DNA of 64,000 bases from Polyangiaceae bacterium (lineage in GTDB: Bacteria > Myxococcota_A > Polyangia > Polyangiales > Polyangiaceae): positions 179,084-243,083 of the forward strand of contig JANRKO010000019.1 in NCBI GenBank assembly GCA_033763455.1. The letters run 5' to 3'. The translations under genes and the position numbers were made by a program. The notes under the pieces were generated by a model. That model was not told the DNA's origin, made no database searches, and worked only from the letters and a program-made list of their open reading frames with translations. This document shows positions 8,263 to 17,241 of this stretch, in pieces. How positions within the stretch are numbered: position 1 is the stretch's first letter; each line of letters starts with the position of its first letter.

Positions 8263-9209
8263 GCTACGCTCTCCGCAGAAGCCGCCGGCTATCATCCATT
8301 GTTGAAGCCGTGGGCAATACGCCACTCGTGCGGCTCGATCGCCTCACACGCCATATCCCGAGCGTAGAAGTTTATCTTAAGCTCGAATTCGCCAATCCCG
8401 GCGGCTCAGTGAAGGATCGCCCAGCGCTACGCATCATGCTCGACGCGATCGAAAGTGGGCGCCTCACCGAAGATAAGATCCTCATCGACGCCACGAGCGG
8501 CAATACAGGCGTCGCGTATTCGATTATCGGGGCAGCCCTTGGTTATAGGGTTAGCCTGGTGATGCCAAAAAATGTCACTAAAGCCCGCAAGGATATCACC
8601 CAAGCTTTCGGCACCGAGCTCATTTATTCGGATCCCATGGAGGGCTCCGATGGTGCCATTCGGCTAGTGCACAAGATCGTGGCGGAGAACCCTGACCGCT
8701 ATTTCTACGCAGATCAGTACTCCAATCCCTCGAATCCGCGAGCTCATTACCTGGGCACGGCGCAAGAAATCCTGGATGCCTTGGGAGATCGGGTTACACA
8801 CTTTGTGGCTGGGCTTGGCACCAGCGGCACGTGCATGGGCACCACACGGCGCCTGAAGGAGCACACTCGCCCCATCTACTGCGTGGCGGTGGAGCCAGCC
8901 GAAGCGCTGCACGGCCTCGAAGGCCTAAAACACATGGCATCGAGCATCGTACCCGCCATTTACGATCCCCATCTGCCAGACGAAATCTTGCCAGTGGGCA
9001 CCGAAGATGGCTGGGATATGGCCGACCGTCTAGCCGCAGAAGAAGGGATCCACGTGGGGCACTCTACAGGGGCCAACGTATTTGGGGCCGTGAAGTTTGC
9101 CGAGAAGCTGCACCGAGAACAAGGCGGCGGCTGCGTGGTTACCATCGCTTGTGACCGGGGTGATCGCTACTTTGCGCCGATGAAATGGGAAAGGAAGTAC
9201 CTATGGTGA
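8259..9209 (+). CDS. cysM: Second PLP-dependent cysteine synthase, CysM-like (probably sulfur-carrier dependent)
   Basis: VGNTPLV, NPGGSVKDRPA, DATSGNTG, DQYSNPSN, GLGTSGT, GLEGLKHM, CDRGDRY; Trp-containing C-terminal tail. Confidence 0.8.
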   Translation: MSYALRRSRRLSSIVEAVGNTPLVRLDRLTRHIPSVEVYLKLEFANPGGSVKDRPALRIMLDAIESGRLTEDKILIDATSGNTGVAYSIIGAALGYRVSLVMPKNVTKARKDITQAFGTELIYSDPMEGSDGAIRLVHKIVAENPDRYFYADQYSNPSNPRAHYLGTAQEILDALGDRVTHFVAGLGTSGTCMGTTRRLKEHTRPIYCVAVEPAEALHGLEGLKHMASSIVPAIYDPHLPDEILPVGTEDGWDMADRLAAEEGIHVGHSTGANVFGAVKFAEKLHREQGGGCVVTIACDRGDRYFAPMKWERKYLW

Positions 9210-9712
9210 GGCCTCGCTGGACCAAAGGTGGTCTTCGAATCACACGTGCAACGCTGAGCACCGTGGAAGCTACGGGCAAAGAGGCCTACCTGCGCAACGA
9301 GGAAGGTTGCGGCTACCTGGAGGGGCCAGCCGGCGATGAACTGCTGGCCGACGCCGCGGTTCCCCTGGAAAATCTTGCCAATAAGTACCACCAAGCCGAT
9401 CCCGTGGCGCATCCACGAACCGGGCATGATTACTTCAAGATCAATGCGCTCAAGTTCGAGAAGGCCATAGCGCAGGGCAAACAAGCCGGCAGGCCCGTGA
9501 AGGTCTTCTTCCACTCTCACCTCGACTGCGGCGCCTATTTTAGCGAAGAAGACGCGGCAAGCATGACAATGGGCGGGCAGAACGCACCTGCGCATGATTT
9601 GGCCTACTTAGTTACCGCCGTGGACGCCGGCGAAGTTACTGCCCATCGCCTATTTATCTATAACTTCGAGACGCGAAAGTTCGACGAAGCGCCGTTCAGC
9701 GTTGTTGAGTAG
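9203..9712 (+). CDS. JAMM/MPN+ (Mov34, Mec-like) metalloprotease
   Basis: Catalytic Glu in EEGCG; complete H-S-H-x7-S-x2-D motif (FHSHLDCGAYFSEED). Confidence 0.9.
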   Translation: MVRPRWTKGGLRITRATLSTVEATGKEAYLRNEEGCGYLEGPAGDELLADAAVPLENLANKYHQADPVAHPRTGHDYFKINALKFEKAIAQGKQAGRPVKVFFHSHLDCGAYFSEEDAASMTMGGQNAPAHDLAYLVTAVDAGEVTAHRLFIYNFETRKFDEAPFSVVE

Positions 9713-9755
9713 CCTTATTGTGGGCTCATGGCTGACCTGCAGCTAAGCTAACGGG

Positions 9756-11048
9756 GTGCGCTTCCCCTATCGCTTCGGCTCACTCCTGCTCGCAATCCTT
9801 GCCACGTCACGGGCTTCCCTCGCGGACGTAGTTACGGACGTCGACACGTTGTCTCAAGCGTATTCCAGGTTGGGTAGCACGGTGGAGGTTCAGAAGCCCC
9901 GCCTGCTAGAACGAACCCAGCTCTTGCCGCTCCAGTTCCTTTCGGCGCTAACCGAGACGCCCGAGGAGAGACGCTCCAACAGTTGCGCACGTGTGGTGGT
10001 ATTGGCCGCAAAAACCACCAGCTTCCTACTGCGACAGCGCGCAGGTGATCCCAGCGAAGCCCCCACCCGGCCGCTCGCAAGCGTCGCCGGGGCAGCCGAG
10101 ATCGAACTGTGTGGGGCCAAAACGGAGGCCTTGGGAGCACTCGTCCTTGAGATGCGGTCGCCCCGCGGCATCGTTCAGGCGCTGCGCATCCGCTCCCCAA
10201 AGGAAAGTCCGAGCCTAAGCCACTTTTTGACACATCGGGTGCAGGGCCCTGCTGCGGCTCCGCCAACGAGCCTCGCGCGGCCCAGGTTACCCGCATTTCA
10301 AGTACGAGAAAGTCGTTTGCGGGCGAATGCGCACTCCGAACCTAAAGCGGAGGTTCAATCCCTCACGATTGAGGCTTCGCATCCAGACGGGGGAACGGTG
10401 AACGTGTTGCCCGGCTGCCACCAAATAACAGCGCTGCAGCTGGACAGCGAACCCGAAGCGGGCGTTGTGGATCTCGATCTCGAGATCTTCGAACAGGGCG
10501 ACACTCAGTTGATAACCCGTGATTTCTCGGAGGATCTGGACGCCACCGCCAACTTCTGCACACCGGAACCCCAGCGACTACGACTGCGACTGCAGGGCGC
10601 CCTGCCGACCACGAAGGTGCAATGGTTCGATATAAGAACCCCGTTTCCGAGCGGGATCCCAGAAGTTTTTGGTCCCATGGGTCGTGGCAACTTGGCCTCC
10701 GCACTTCGGAGCTCCCATGCCAGCCTCCCAGAAGGTGAGCCCGTAGCGCGTGTTCTCGGCGTACAAGGACGCACCCTCCTTCCTCTGCTAATCGAGCCAG
10801 GTGCGTGTTATCTGGCGATTGTGGGCGCGGCTGCGGGCAATCTGCGGGCTCTCGGCTTGAGCGCTCGCACGGGGGCGATCCAAAAAGATGCACAGGGTGA
10901 TCAAGACTCCCCGACAGCCACACTAGCTTTCTGTAACCAACAGTCGCGCTCTGTCCAGTTCGAGGTGATGGCACGCGGGCAGAACCTCGTGTGGGCGGGG
11001 GCCGTTTGGCTAACGGCCCGGCTTCCGATCGGGCAGGTGGCAGAATGA
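9756..11048 (+). CDS. Exported protein with about three Cys-bridged beta-sandwich (PPC-like) repeats
   Basis: Signal peptide ending ASLA; modules such as PGCHQITA...DLDLEIFEQGD...NFC and PGACYLAIV...AFC. Confidence 0.6.
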   Translation: MRFPYRFGSLLLAILATSRASLADVVTDVDTLSQAYSRLGSTVEVQKPRLLERTQLLPLQFLSALTETPEERRSNSCARVVVLAAKTTSFLLRQRAGDPSEAPTRPLASVAGAAEIELCGAKTEALGALVLEMRSPRGIVQALRIRSPKESPSLSHFLTHRVQGPAAAPPTSLARPRLPAFQVRESRLRANAHSEPKAEVQSLTIEASHPDGGTVNVLPGCHQITALQLDSEPEAGVVDLDLEIFEQGDTQLITRDFSEDLDATANFCTPEPQRLRLRLQGALPTTKVQWFDIRTPFPSGIPEVFGPMGRGNLASALRSSHASLPEGEPVARVLGVQGRTLLPLLIEPGACYLAIVGAAAGNLRALGLSARTGAIQKDAQGDQDSPTATLAFCNQQSRSVQFEVMARGQNLVWAGAVWLTARLPIGQVAE

Positions 11049-12721
11049 GGGCCACTCCTTTCCTTTTTTTGGGGATTGCGTTCGCGTGCGCTCGACCTGC
11101 CCCTCAAGCGCCGGAAGTGGGCGCACCTCGTGCGCCGGTACGAGCTCCCTCTGAAAGTCCCGACAGTCGCCTCTGGTTGGGCCCGGAGCTCACTCGGGCA
11201 CTTGGAGCTGGGGCGAAGCCTAGCGACGTTTTAGTGATTGAGCCCGGCGTTGCCGGAGACCGGATACAGGCAACGCACCAGGTGCCTGAGCATGAATGCG
11301 CTCTGTTCGTTGCACGCACCTCCCCGAATGTGGGCGACGTCGATCTCTTCCTTTTCGGCGAAGACGGCACACTGCTCGGTAGTGATGAATCTCCAGAGAG
11401 ATCACCAGCCCTCCTTATTTGCCCACCGCACCCGCGACACGTGTACGCAGTAGCGCGTATCGCGGCTGGCGATGGCTTCGTTGCCATCATCGCGCAGGCC
11501 GTTGACCCGACTTTGAACGCTCCGGTCAAAGAAGTACTCACACAGCAGCTCTTGGCTTCGCAAGAACAACTCGCCACCGGGAAGTGGGCCGCACTCGATG
11601 GACAAATAGAAGCCCATCGTCGACGGATCGGCGGAAGCTGGCGGGAGCTGCGCCGCATGGCCTTGCCCCTGGAACCGGGTACGCCCACGAAAGTGACTGC
11701 CGAAGTCCCGCGCGATGGTTGTTTGGATGTATTGGCCGTTCCCTCCGAAGATGTGGCCTATCTGGAGCTCACCATCCAAGATGCCGACGGGCGTTACGTG
11801 GCGCGCGGCGAAACGCGTGACTCTGACCGCAGTGCCGTTCTTTGCTCCAGAGAACAAGCCAGCGTCACAATAGCCGTACAACCTCACGTGGGGCGTGGCC
11901 TGGGGGCGCTCATCATCGCCGATTCGGGGCCGGGCACCGTAACAGCCCTGGCGCCTGGAGTGGTCCCCACGCAGCTCTTTCCCCGCGGGATGTTGAGCCA
12001 AACACAAGTTGCTCTGGAACAGTCGCTGAACGCGCTCGATTACCCGAAGCCGGTGTGGCAGCAAGGCGGTGCGCTACGTGTCGGCGAAAGAAAAAGCTTC
12101 CCCATCACGCTCGGAACGGGGTGCTACCGGATCGATCTATTGAGTCAAGCTCCGGTGCAACAGCTGGCCGCGTGGGTTTGGGACTCTCAAGGGGGACTAA
12201 TCATTGAGGACACCCGAATAGGCCAACTCAATCTATTTGCCTGCACGAAAACGCCAAACGCACGGTTGGACGTAGAGAGCCTGACGCGAGCGGGGAGCTT
12301 TGTTGCCCAGGTCCGGCCGGTGAAAGTGCCTGCGCTTCTGCTCCAACATCCACTCGCGGGTTCTCGCCTCCTTGGGGATCTTGTGGAGCGAGGGCGACTT
12401 CAGGCACCAGCCGCGTTGCCCAAGCCGGAGGTCGTGCCGGTGAGTGCCACTCGACTAGCCCAACTCGAAATCACGATCCCTGCCGGCAATTGCGCTGACG
12501 TCAGTGCGGCTCTCGGGCCTGGAGCACTCGGCCTGGATCTTCGACTTTTAGATTCAGCGACCGGTGCCCAGCTTCAACTCGTGCGAGTGCCCTGGGTCGG
12601 AGGCGGTATTGCTTGCGCTCCAAAAGGCTCGATTCCACTCGCGGTGAAAGTAGAAATGCGTGTAACGGCTGGGGCTAGCGAAGCTCTCCTCGTCTCCACG
12701 TTCTTTTCTCCCCACCTCTGA
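11045..12721 (+). CDS. Lipoprotein with about four Cys-bridged beta-sandwich (PPC-like) repeats
   Basis: MRATPFLFLGIAFAC lipobox; repeated C-x(11-14)-D/E-L-x3-D--G...C modules; ATGA overlap with the previous gene. Confidence 0.65.
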   Translation: MRATPFLFLGIAFACARPAPQAPEVGAPRAPVRAPSESPDSRLWLGPELTRALGAGAKPSDVLVIEPGVAGDRIQATHQVPEHECALFVARTSPNVGDVDLFLFGEDGTLLGSDESPERSPALLICPPHPRHVYAVARIAAGDGFVAIIAQAVDPTLNAPVKEVLTQQLLASQEQLATGKWAALDGQIEAHRRRIGGSWRELRRMALPLEPGTPTKVTAEVPRDGCLDVLAVPSEDVAYLELTIQDADGRYVARGETRDSDRSAVLCSREQASVTIAVQPHVGRGLGALIIADSGPGTVTALAPGVVPTQLFPRGMLSQTQVALEQSLNALDYPKPVWQQGGALRVGERKSFPITLGTGCYRIDLLSQAPVQQLAAWVWDSQGGLIIEDTRIGQLNLFACTKTPNARLDVESLTRAGSFVAQVRPVKVPALLLQHPLAGSRLLGDLVERGRLQAPAALPKPEVVPVSATRLAQLEITIPAGNCADVSAALGPGALGLDLRLLDSATGAQLQLVRVPWVGGGIACAPKGSIPLAVKVEMRVTAGASEALLVSTFFSPHL

Positions 12722-12784
12722 GATTTCTACCCGCGTAGAACACCCACGCAGCAGCCTTCTCGAAGATCTCACCCCCACAAAACA

Positions 12785-12842
12785 CCTCAGCAGGTGCCTC
12801 TGCAGCAGCCCGTTGTGGGCGACCGAGCGACACCTGCTGAGG
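12785..12842. terminator. 12-bp inverted repeat between convergent genes (stem-loop or terminator)
   Basis: CCTCAGCAGGTG (12785-12796) and CACCTGCTGAGG (12831-12842); no clear U-tract. Confidence 0.45.
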
Positions 12843-12858
12843 ATCCCAACGGCAATAA

Positions 12859-13137
12859 TTACATTGCTGCGGGAGCTGCAGGCGCTGCAGCGCGACGACC
12901 GCGCTTCTTCGCCTTCTTGCGGCCAGCTTTCTTGGCCGGGCGAGCTGCCGCGGCTTTCTTGGCGCGCTTTTTACCAGCCTTCTTGCGGCCAGCTTTCTTG
13001 GCAGCCTTTTTACGGCCGCCTTTCTTAGCAGCTTTCTTTGAAGCCTTCTTGCGTCGGCTCTTTTTTGCGGGTGCTGCTGCTACTTCAGTGGAAGCTGCAG
13101 CTTTTTTTGAACTCTTCTTTTTCCGTCTTGCGGCCAT
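12859..13137 (-). CDS. Histone H1-like Lys/Ala/Arg-rich basic protein, 92 aa
   Basis: ATG 13137 with GGAGG upstream; repeated KKAAKK / GRKKA motifs. Confidence 0.85.
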   Translation of the reverse strand: MAARRKKKSSKKAAASTEVAAAPAKKSRRKKASKKAAKKGGRKKAAKKAGRKKAGKKRAKKAAAARPAKKAGRKKAKKRGRRAAAPAAPAAM

Positions 13138-13175
13138 GTAACCCTCCAAGGTGTCGGTGGAATGTGAACCACCGT

Positions 13176-13220
13176 ATGGCAATGCAGTAACATATATTGC
13201 CATCTATGGTTCCCTGTCAA
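13176..13220 (-). promoter_or_regulatory. Putative promoter and operator of the histone-like gene
   Basis: TTGACA on the minus strand at 13220-13215; perfect 8-bp inverted repeat ATGGCAAT-N12-ATTGCCAT (13176-13203) over the AT-rich -10 region. Confidence 0.5.
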
Positions 13221-14094
13221 CAATATTTTTTCCTGTGATGCGTTTTTTCCTTGCCACGGTGGCTAAGATCTCACCGCGCCCTGAGAAGCTGCAGATCGCG
13301 TCAGCCCCCAGATTTTGCGGCAAATACGCCAAATTTTGACGCAGCTCACCTCTCCCCTGGAGCCGCCCGCCGGATGCCCTTTGCGCGCCTCGGGTGAGAG
13401 ATTTTTTTTCTGACCCCACCCAGAGCTTCACGCGCTGAGCATTAAGCGACCAGCGGGTACCGATGTCATTGCTACTCGTGGAGCGTCGACGTTCGATAGC
13501 GGCTGCGATGATCACTGTGGGTCTCGAATGCCGGTGGTGCTCACGCGAAATTGCCTGATGCGCCGGCACCTCAGCTAACGCACACCCGACAGAGCGCTTA
13601 AGTGCAGTTGCACTGAGACCTGTGCGAGTGCCTCGGGGTGGCTCTCTGTTGCTTCGAAAAGTTAGACGCAAGCCTTGAGCGAACTCGCCGAACAAGCGCC
13701 CAAAACAGCGCTCGTGCACGCGCCATCTTCCCCTACAAAATGCAGTATTTGCTGCACATTCACCACCAAAGGTGGAGCCGGGAACTTGTGCAGATGCGAG
13801 CGCAGTGTCGGCGCCGCATGGGTCCGTGAGGTGCTGAAGCAGCTTTAAATCTTTCTGCGAATGGCCCCCAAGGCCACAGCGTTTCAAAATTAGACCCGAC
13901 GATGCGCACCTAAGTCAATTCTTTTGTGCCGTCGGTGAAGGCGTGTGCAATGCGTTTGGCCCCTGCCCTCCCACGATGTGCGCTTGCAACGTGGCCCCGC
14001 TGAACCGCGGCCCGAGCGCCAGCGCCACAACTTGTACGCCGTTATCAAGGCCGTGCTTGACCCCTTTCGTCCTTTTCTGGATGGTCTGTTCGGC

Positions 14095-16179
14095 ATGGCA
14101 ACAGGGCTCAACTCCGAGCAGCATTCAGCAGTTAAAACACTCAGTGGCCCCCTTTTGGTGCTTGCGGGTGCGGGTACCGGCAAGACGCGCGTCATCACGT
14201 ACCGCATTGCCGAACTGATTCAGAGTGGCGTCACGCCGAGCAGGATCCTGGCACTCACGTTCACGAACAAGGCTGCCAAAGAAATGCGGGAGCGAGCACT
14301 GGCGCTGCTCGGGAAGCGTCCCAAGACGGTGCAGCCTCCCGAGATTTCAACGTTTCATTCCTTGTGTGTGCGCATCTTGCGTCGGCATATCACCCGCCTT
14401 GGGTACCCCAAGGAGTTCGTTATCTATGACCGAGGTGACCAAGAAGCCCTCGCACGCAACGCCCTCCGAGACATTCGCGTAGGCCAAGAGAAGCTGCGCC
14501 CAGGTGATCTGATCACCAAGATCAGCGGTTGGAAGACGCTATCCATCGGCCCAGAGCAGGCCGTGGACGTGGCCAAGGAGGATAAGGATCAGCTCGCCGC
14601 CGCGGCGTACGTCCGGTACCAGGCCGCACTCAAGTCATCCGGGGCGCTCGATTTTGATGACCTGCTGATGCTCACCGAAGAGCTACTCGTAAAGTTCCCA
14701 GAGGTGCGGTTTGCTGAGTCCACTCGCCATGATCATGTCCTCATCGACGAATATCAGGACACCAACGGGCTCCAGTACCGGATCGTGCGGCACTTAGCGC
14801 AAGGGCATGGGAATCTATGTGTGGTGGGGGATGATGATCAGTCCATTTACGGCTGGCGTGGGGCCGAAGTGACTCACATTCTGAACTTCTCCCGTCACTG
14901 GCCAAAAGCCAAAGTTGTGCGTTTACAGCAAAATTACCGCAGCAAAGCGAGCATTTTGGAGCTCGCCAACACGCTCATCGTTAACAACAAGACCCGCCAC
15001 GACAAGAAGCTTTACGCGGAGCGTGAAGGTGGAGCGAGCCCTCGCTTCATCCGCTTCGAGGACGAAACCAAAGAGGCCGAGGAGATCGTGAAAGACGTGA
15101 GAGAGCAGCTCACGCCCTCGAGCGATAAGCCACGCGTCCACCCGGGCGACATCGCCATTCTCTTCCGGACCAATGAACAGCCACGAGTCTTCGAGCTGGA
15201 GCTTCGCCGAGCCAAGATCCCATACGTGATTGTTGGAGGGCTTTCCTTTTTTGATCGCAAGGAAGTGCGCGATATTATGGCGTATTTGCGGGTGCTGGCG
15301 AACCCGAAGGACGAGCTGTCCTTGTTGCGTATTTTAAATACTCCCCCACGTGGCATCGGTACGGGCAGCATCGAGACGCTCCTTGAACATGCGGTCGAAA
15401 AAGGCGTCCCACTTTGGAACGTCTTGGCCGGAAGCCTGAGCCACCCGGACATCGGCCACCACACTGCCGAGCGCATTCTGCAATTTCAGAACCTCCTGGT
15501 TTCCTTCCAGGCTCGGCTCGGTGAGGGCTCCTTGGCCGACCTTGCTAAGGACTTGCTGACAGCTGTGGACTACAAGGCCGAGCTTGACCGCACCTACAAG
15601 ACGGCCAGCGAGATCGAGGCGCGCACCAATTCGCTGGAGGAGCTGGTGAACTCCCTCGCCCAATACGAACAGCAGGCCGAAAACCCCTCACTCCTAGGCT
15701 TTCTGGAAGAGGCCACCCTCACCACGAAGGAAGATCAAAAGGACGACGACAAGAAGCAGAAGAACGCCCTCACGCTGATGACGCTTCACAGTGCCAAGGG
15801 GTTGGAATTCCCTCACGTGTACCTCGTCGGTGTCGAAGAGGGCATCATGCCGCACCGTCGCTCGCTGCTAGATGGAACGGTCGAAGAGGAACGTCGGCTT
15901 TGCTACGTCGGCGTTACCCGTGCCCAGGATCATTTGACCATTAGCTTCTGTAAGCAGCGTATGAAGTGGGGCAAAGAGCGGCCCTGCATTCCCAGCCGCT
16001 TCATCTTAGAGATGCGCGGGGAGAACGAGAAAGCCGAAAAAGTGGCTCAAGCGGCACTTGAGCTTTTCACCAAGGAAAAGCTTGAGGAAGAAGCCCGTAA
16101 GGCCCCGAAAAAGGTCAGTAAAAAGGTTTCTGCGAAATCAGCAACGCCGGCTCAACCCCGCTCTAAAACGAAAGCGTGA
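14095..16179 (+). CDS. UvrD/Rep/PcrA superfamily 1 DNA helicase (Rep-like)
   Basis: LNSEQ, LAGAGTGKT, TFTNKAAKEM, STFHS, DEYQDTN, VGDDDQSIYGWRGA, QNYRS, TLHSAKGLEF, EEERRLCYVGVTRA. No recognisable C-terminal Tudor-like domain. Confidence 0.93.
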   Translation: MATGLNSEQHSAVKTLSGPLLVLAGAGTGKTRVITYRIAELIQSGVTPSRILALTFTNKAAKEMRERALALLGKRPKTVQPPEISTFHSLCVRILRRHITRLGYPKEFVIYDRGDQEALARNALRDIRVGQEKLRPGDLITKISGWKTLSIGPEQAVDVAKEDKDQLAAAAYVRYQAALKSSGALDFDDLLMLTEELLVKFPEVRFAESTRHDHVLIDEYQDTNGLQYRIVRHLAQGHGNLCVVGDDDQSIYGWRGAEVTHILNFSRHWPKAKVVRLQQNYRSKASILELANTLIVNNKTRHDKKLYAEREGGASPRFIRFEDETKEAEEIVKDVREQLTPSSDKPRVHPGDIAILFRTNEQPRVFELELRRAKIPYVIVGGLSFFDRKEVRDIMAYLRVLANPKDELSLLRILNTPPRGIGTGSIETLLEHAVEKGVPLWNVLAGSLSHPDIGHHTAERILQFQNLLVSFQARLGEGSLADLAKDLLTAVDYKAELDRTYKTASEIEARTNSLEELVNSLAQYEQQAENPSLLGFLEEATLTTKEDQKDDDKKQKNALTLMTLHSAKGLEFPHVYLVGVEEGIMPHRRSLLDGTVEEERRLCYVGVTRAQDHLTISFCKQRMKWGKERPCIPSRFILEMRGENEKAEKVAQAALELFTKEKLEEEARKAPKKVSKKVSAKSATPAQPRSKTKA

Positions 16180-17230
16180 CCCAGCGCCCACGGTCCGGCG
16201 AGCCTCGACAGATCGATAACGTCAACGCCTCTGGGATGCCTACGAAACAAGCATTGGTGGACGTCCCTTGGTCGTCTTCGGCGTAGCGGTTGATGCTGTC
16301 GACCCCATCGCTGCGATCTGAGAATAGGGCACGGATGCTTTCGACGTTGTGCCCTCCCGTACTCAGGACGGCCTTCAAACGTTCCAGCCGCTTCACACTG
16401 GAGTTGGAAGCGGCCTCCCCCTCAAGAGCTCGAAGCGTCGGGCTCAGACAATGGTTGGTGCGAGCGATCGGTTCGGTGCCTAACGTGCGCTCGACGCATG
16501 CGGTCGCGCTGCATTCAAATTCCTGGGCACCGTAGCGGTCGGCCAGAAAATAAGTGTGGCCCCCTGCGCGCGGGGCACGGCGAACGAAGTCTGCTGCTTG
16601 TTCTCGCGTGCGGCTCGTGAGCGCACGATGAAGGATACTTAAGTATCCGACCCCCACCCGCGAGCCGTGGGTCTTGATGTTCGTCGTGCCAACGGTGAGG
16701 CCGTGTTCGTTCATCCCCACAAGAGAGAGCGCGCCAGCGCAGGTGACCGACCAAGTACGCGGACCATCGGTCGGGATCCGGTGAATCGCCACCACGTAGT
16801 CCAGATCCGTTGGATTAAGATCCCAAGTTTGCGCCGCGATCACTTTCCTATCTCGGCTGAGGTTCTCCGGAACCAACGCCACCGAACACCCTTCGCTGTC
16901 GGAGCGCTTACCAAGGAGCAATACGTCTCTCACGTCAGTCATGTTGGTGGCGGCGTAGAGGTGCCCTGGATCCACGCGCGCGGCTTCCGCAATGGCAACG
17001 TGTTCGGCGTAGCCTTCGGAGTGAAAAGCAAGGCTTGCCTCCAGGCATTGCGCTCCCACAGCCAAGAGATCCTTCACGGTGTACGGGCCTCGCTCCCCAA
17101 GATACGCGGCGGCGGCATCTAACCGTTGCGCAACAAACCCCTGTATCTTTTCACGAAGGGCTTCGCCTTGAGTTAGCCCCAGTTCTCGCGGCGTGCCGCG
17201 ACATTCCAAACGCGTAAGTTCAAGTTCCAT
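16163..17230 (-). CDS. C45-family autoproteolytic acyltransferase/hydrolase (Ntn hydrolase)
   Basis: G-P-E-G--QG N-terminus, EG/CS autoproteolysis site, AQTWD, GMNEHGL, RTNHCL. Confidence 0.85.
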   Translation of the reverse strand: MELELTRLECRGTPRELGLTQGEALREKIQGFVAQRLDAAAAYLGERGPYTVKDLLAVGAQCLEASLAFHSEGYAEHVAIAEAARVDPGHLYAATNMTDVRDVLLLGKRSDSEGCSVALVPENLSRDRKVIAAQTWDLNPTDLDYVVAIHRIPTDGPRTWSVTCAGALSLVGMNEHGLTVGTTNIKTHGSRVGVGYLSILHRALTSRTREQAADFVRRAPRAGGHTYFLADRYGAQEFECSATACVERTLGTEPIARTNHCLSPTLRALEGEAASNSSVKRLERLKAVLSTGGHNVESIRALFSDRSDGVDSINRYAEDDQGTSTNACFVGIPEALTLSICRGSPDRGRWVTLSF

Positions 17231-17241
17231 TGCCCGCGAGC

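Noticed and set aside
12794..13141. Plus-strand Phe/Leu/Ala-rich ORF
   Set aside because: It is the antisense mirror of the Lys/Ala histone-like gene, which has the RBS.
13204..13887. 227-aa minus-strand ORF
   Set aside because: Arg/Ser/Gly-rich with no motifs, and it would run over the promoter of the histone-like gene.
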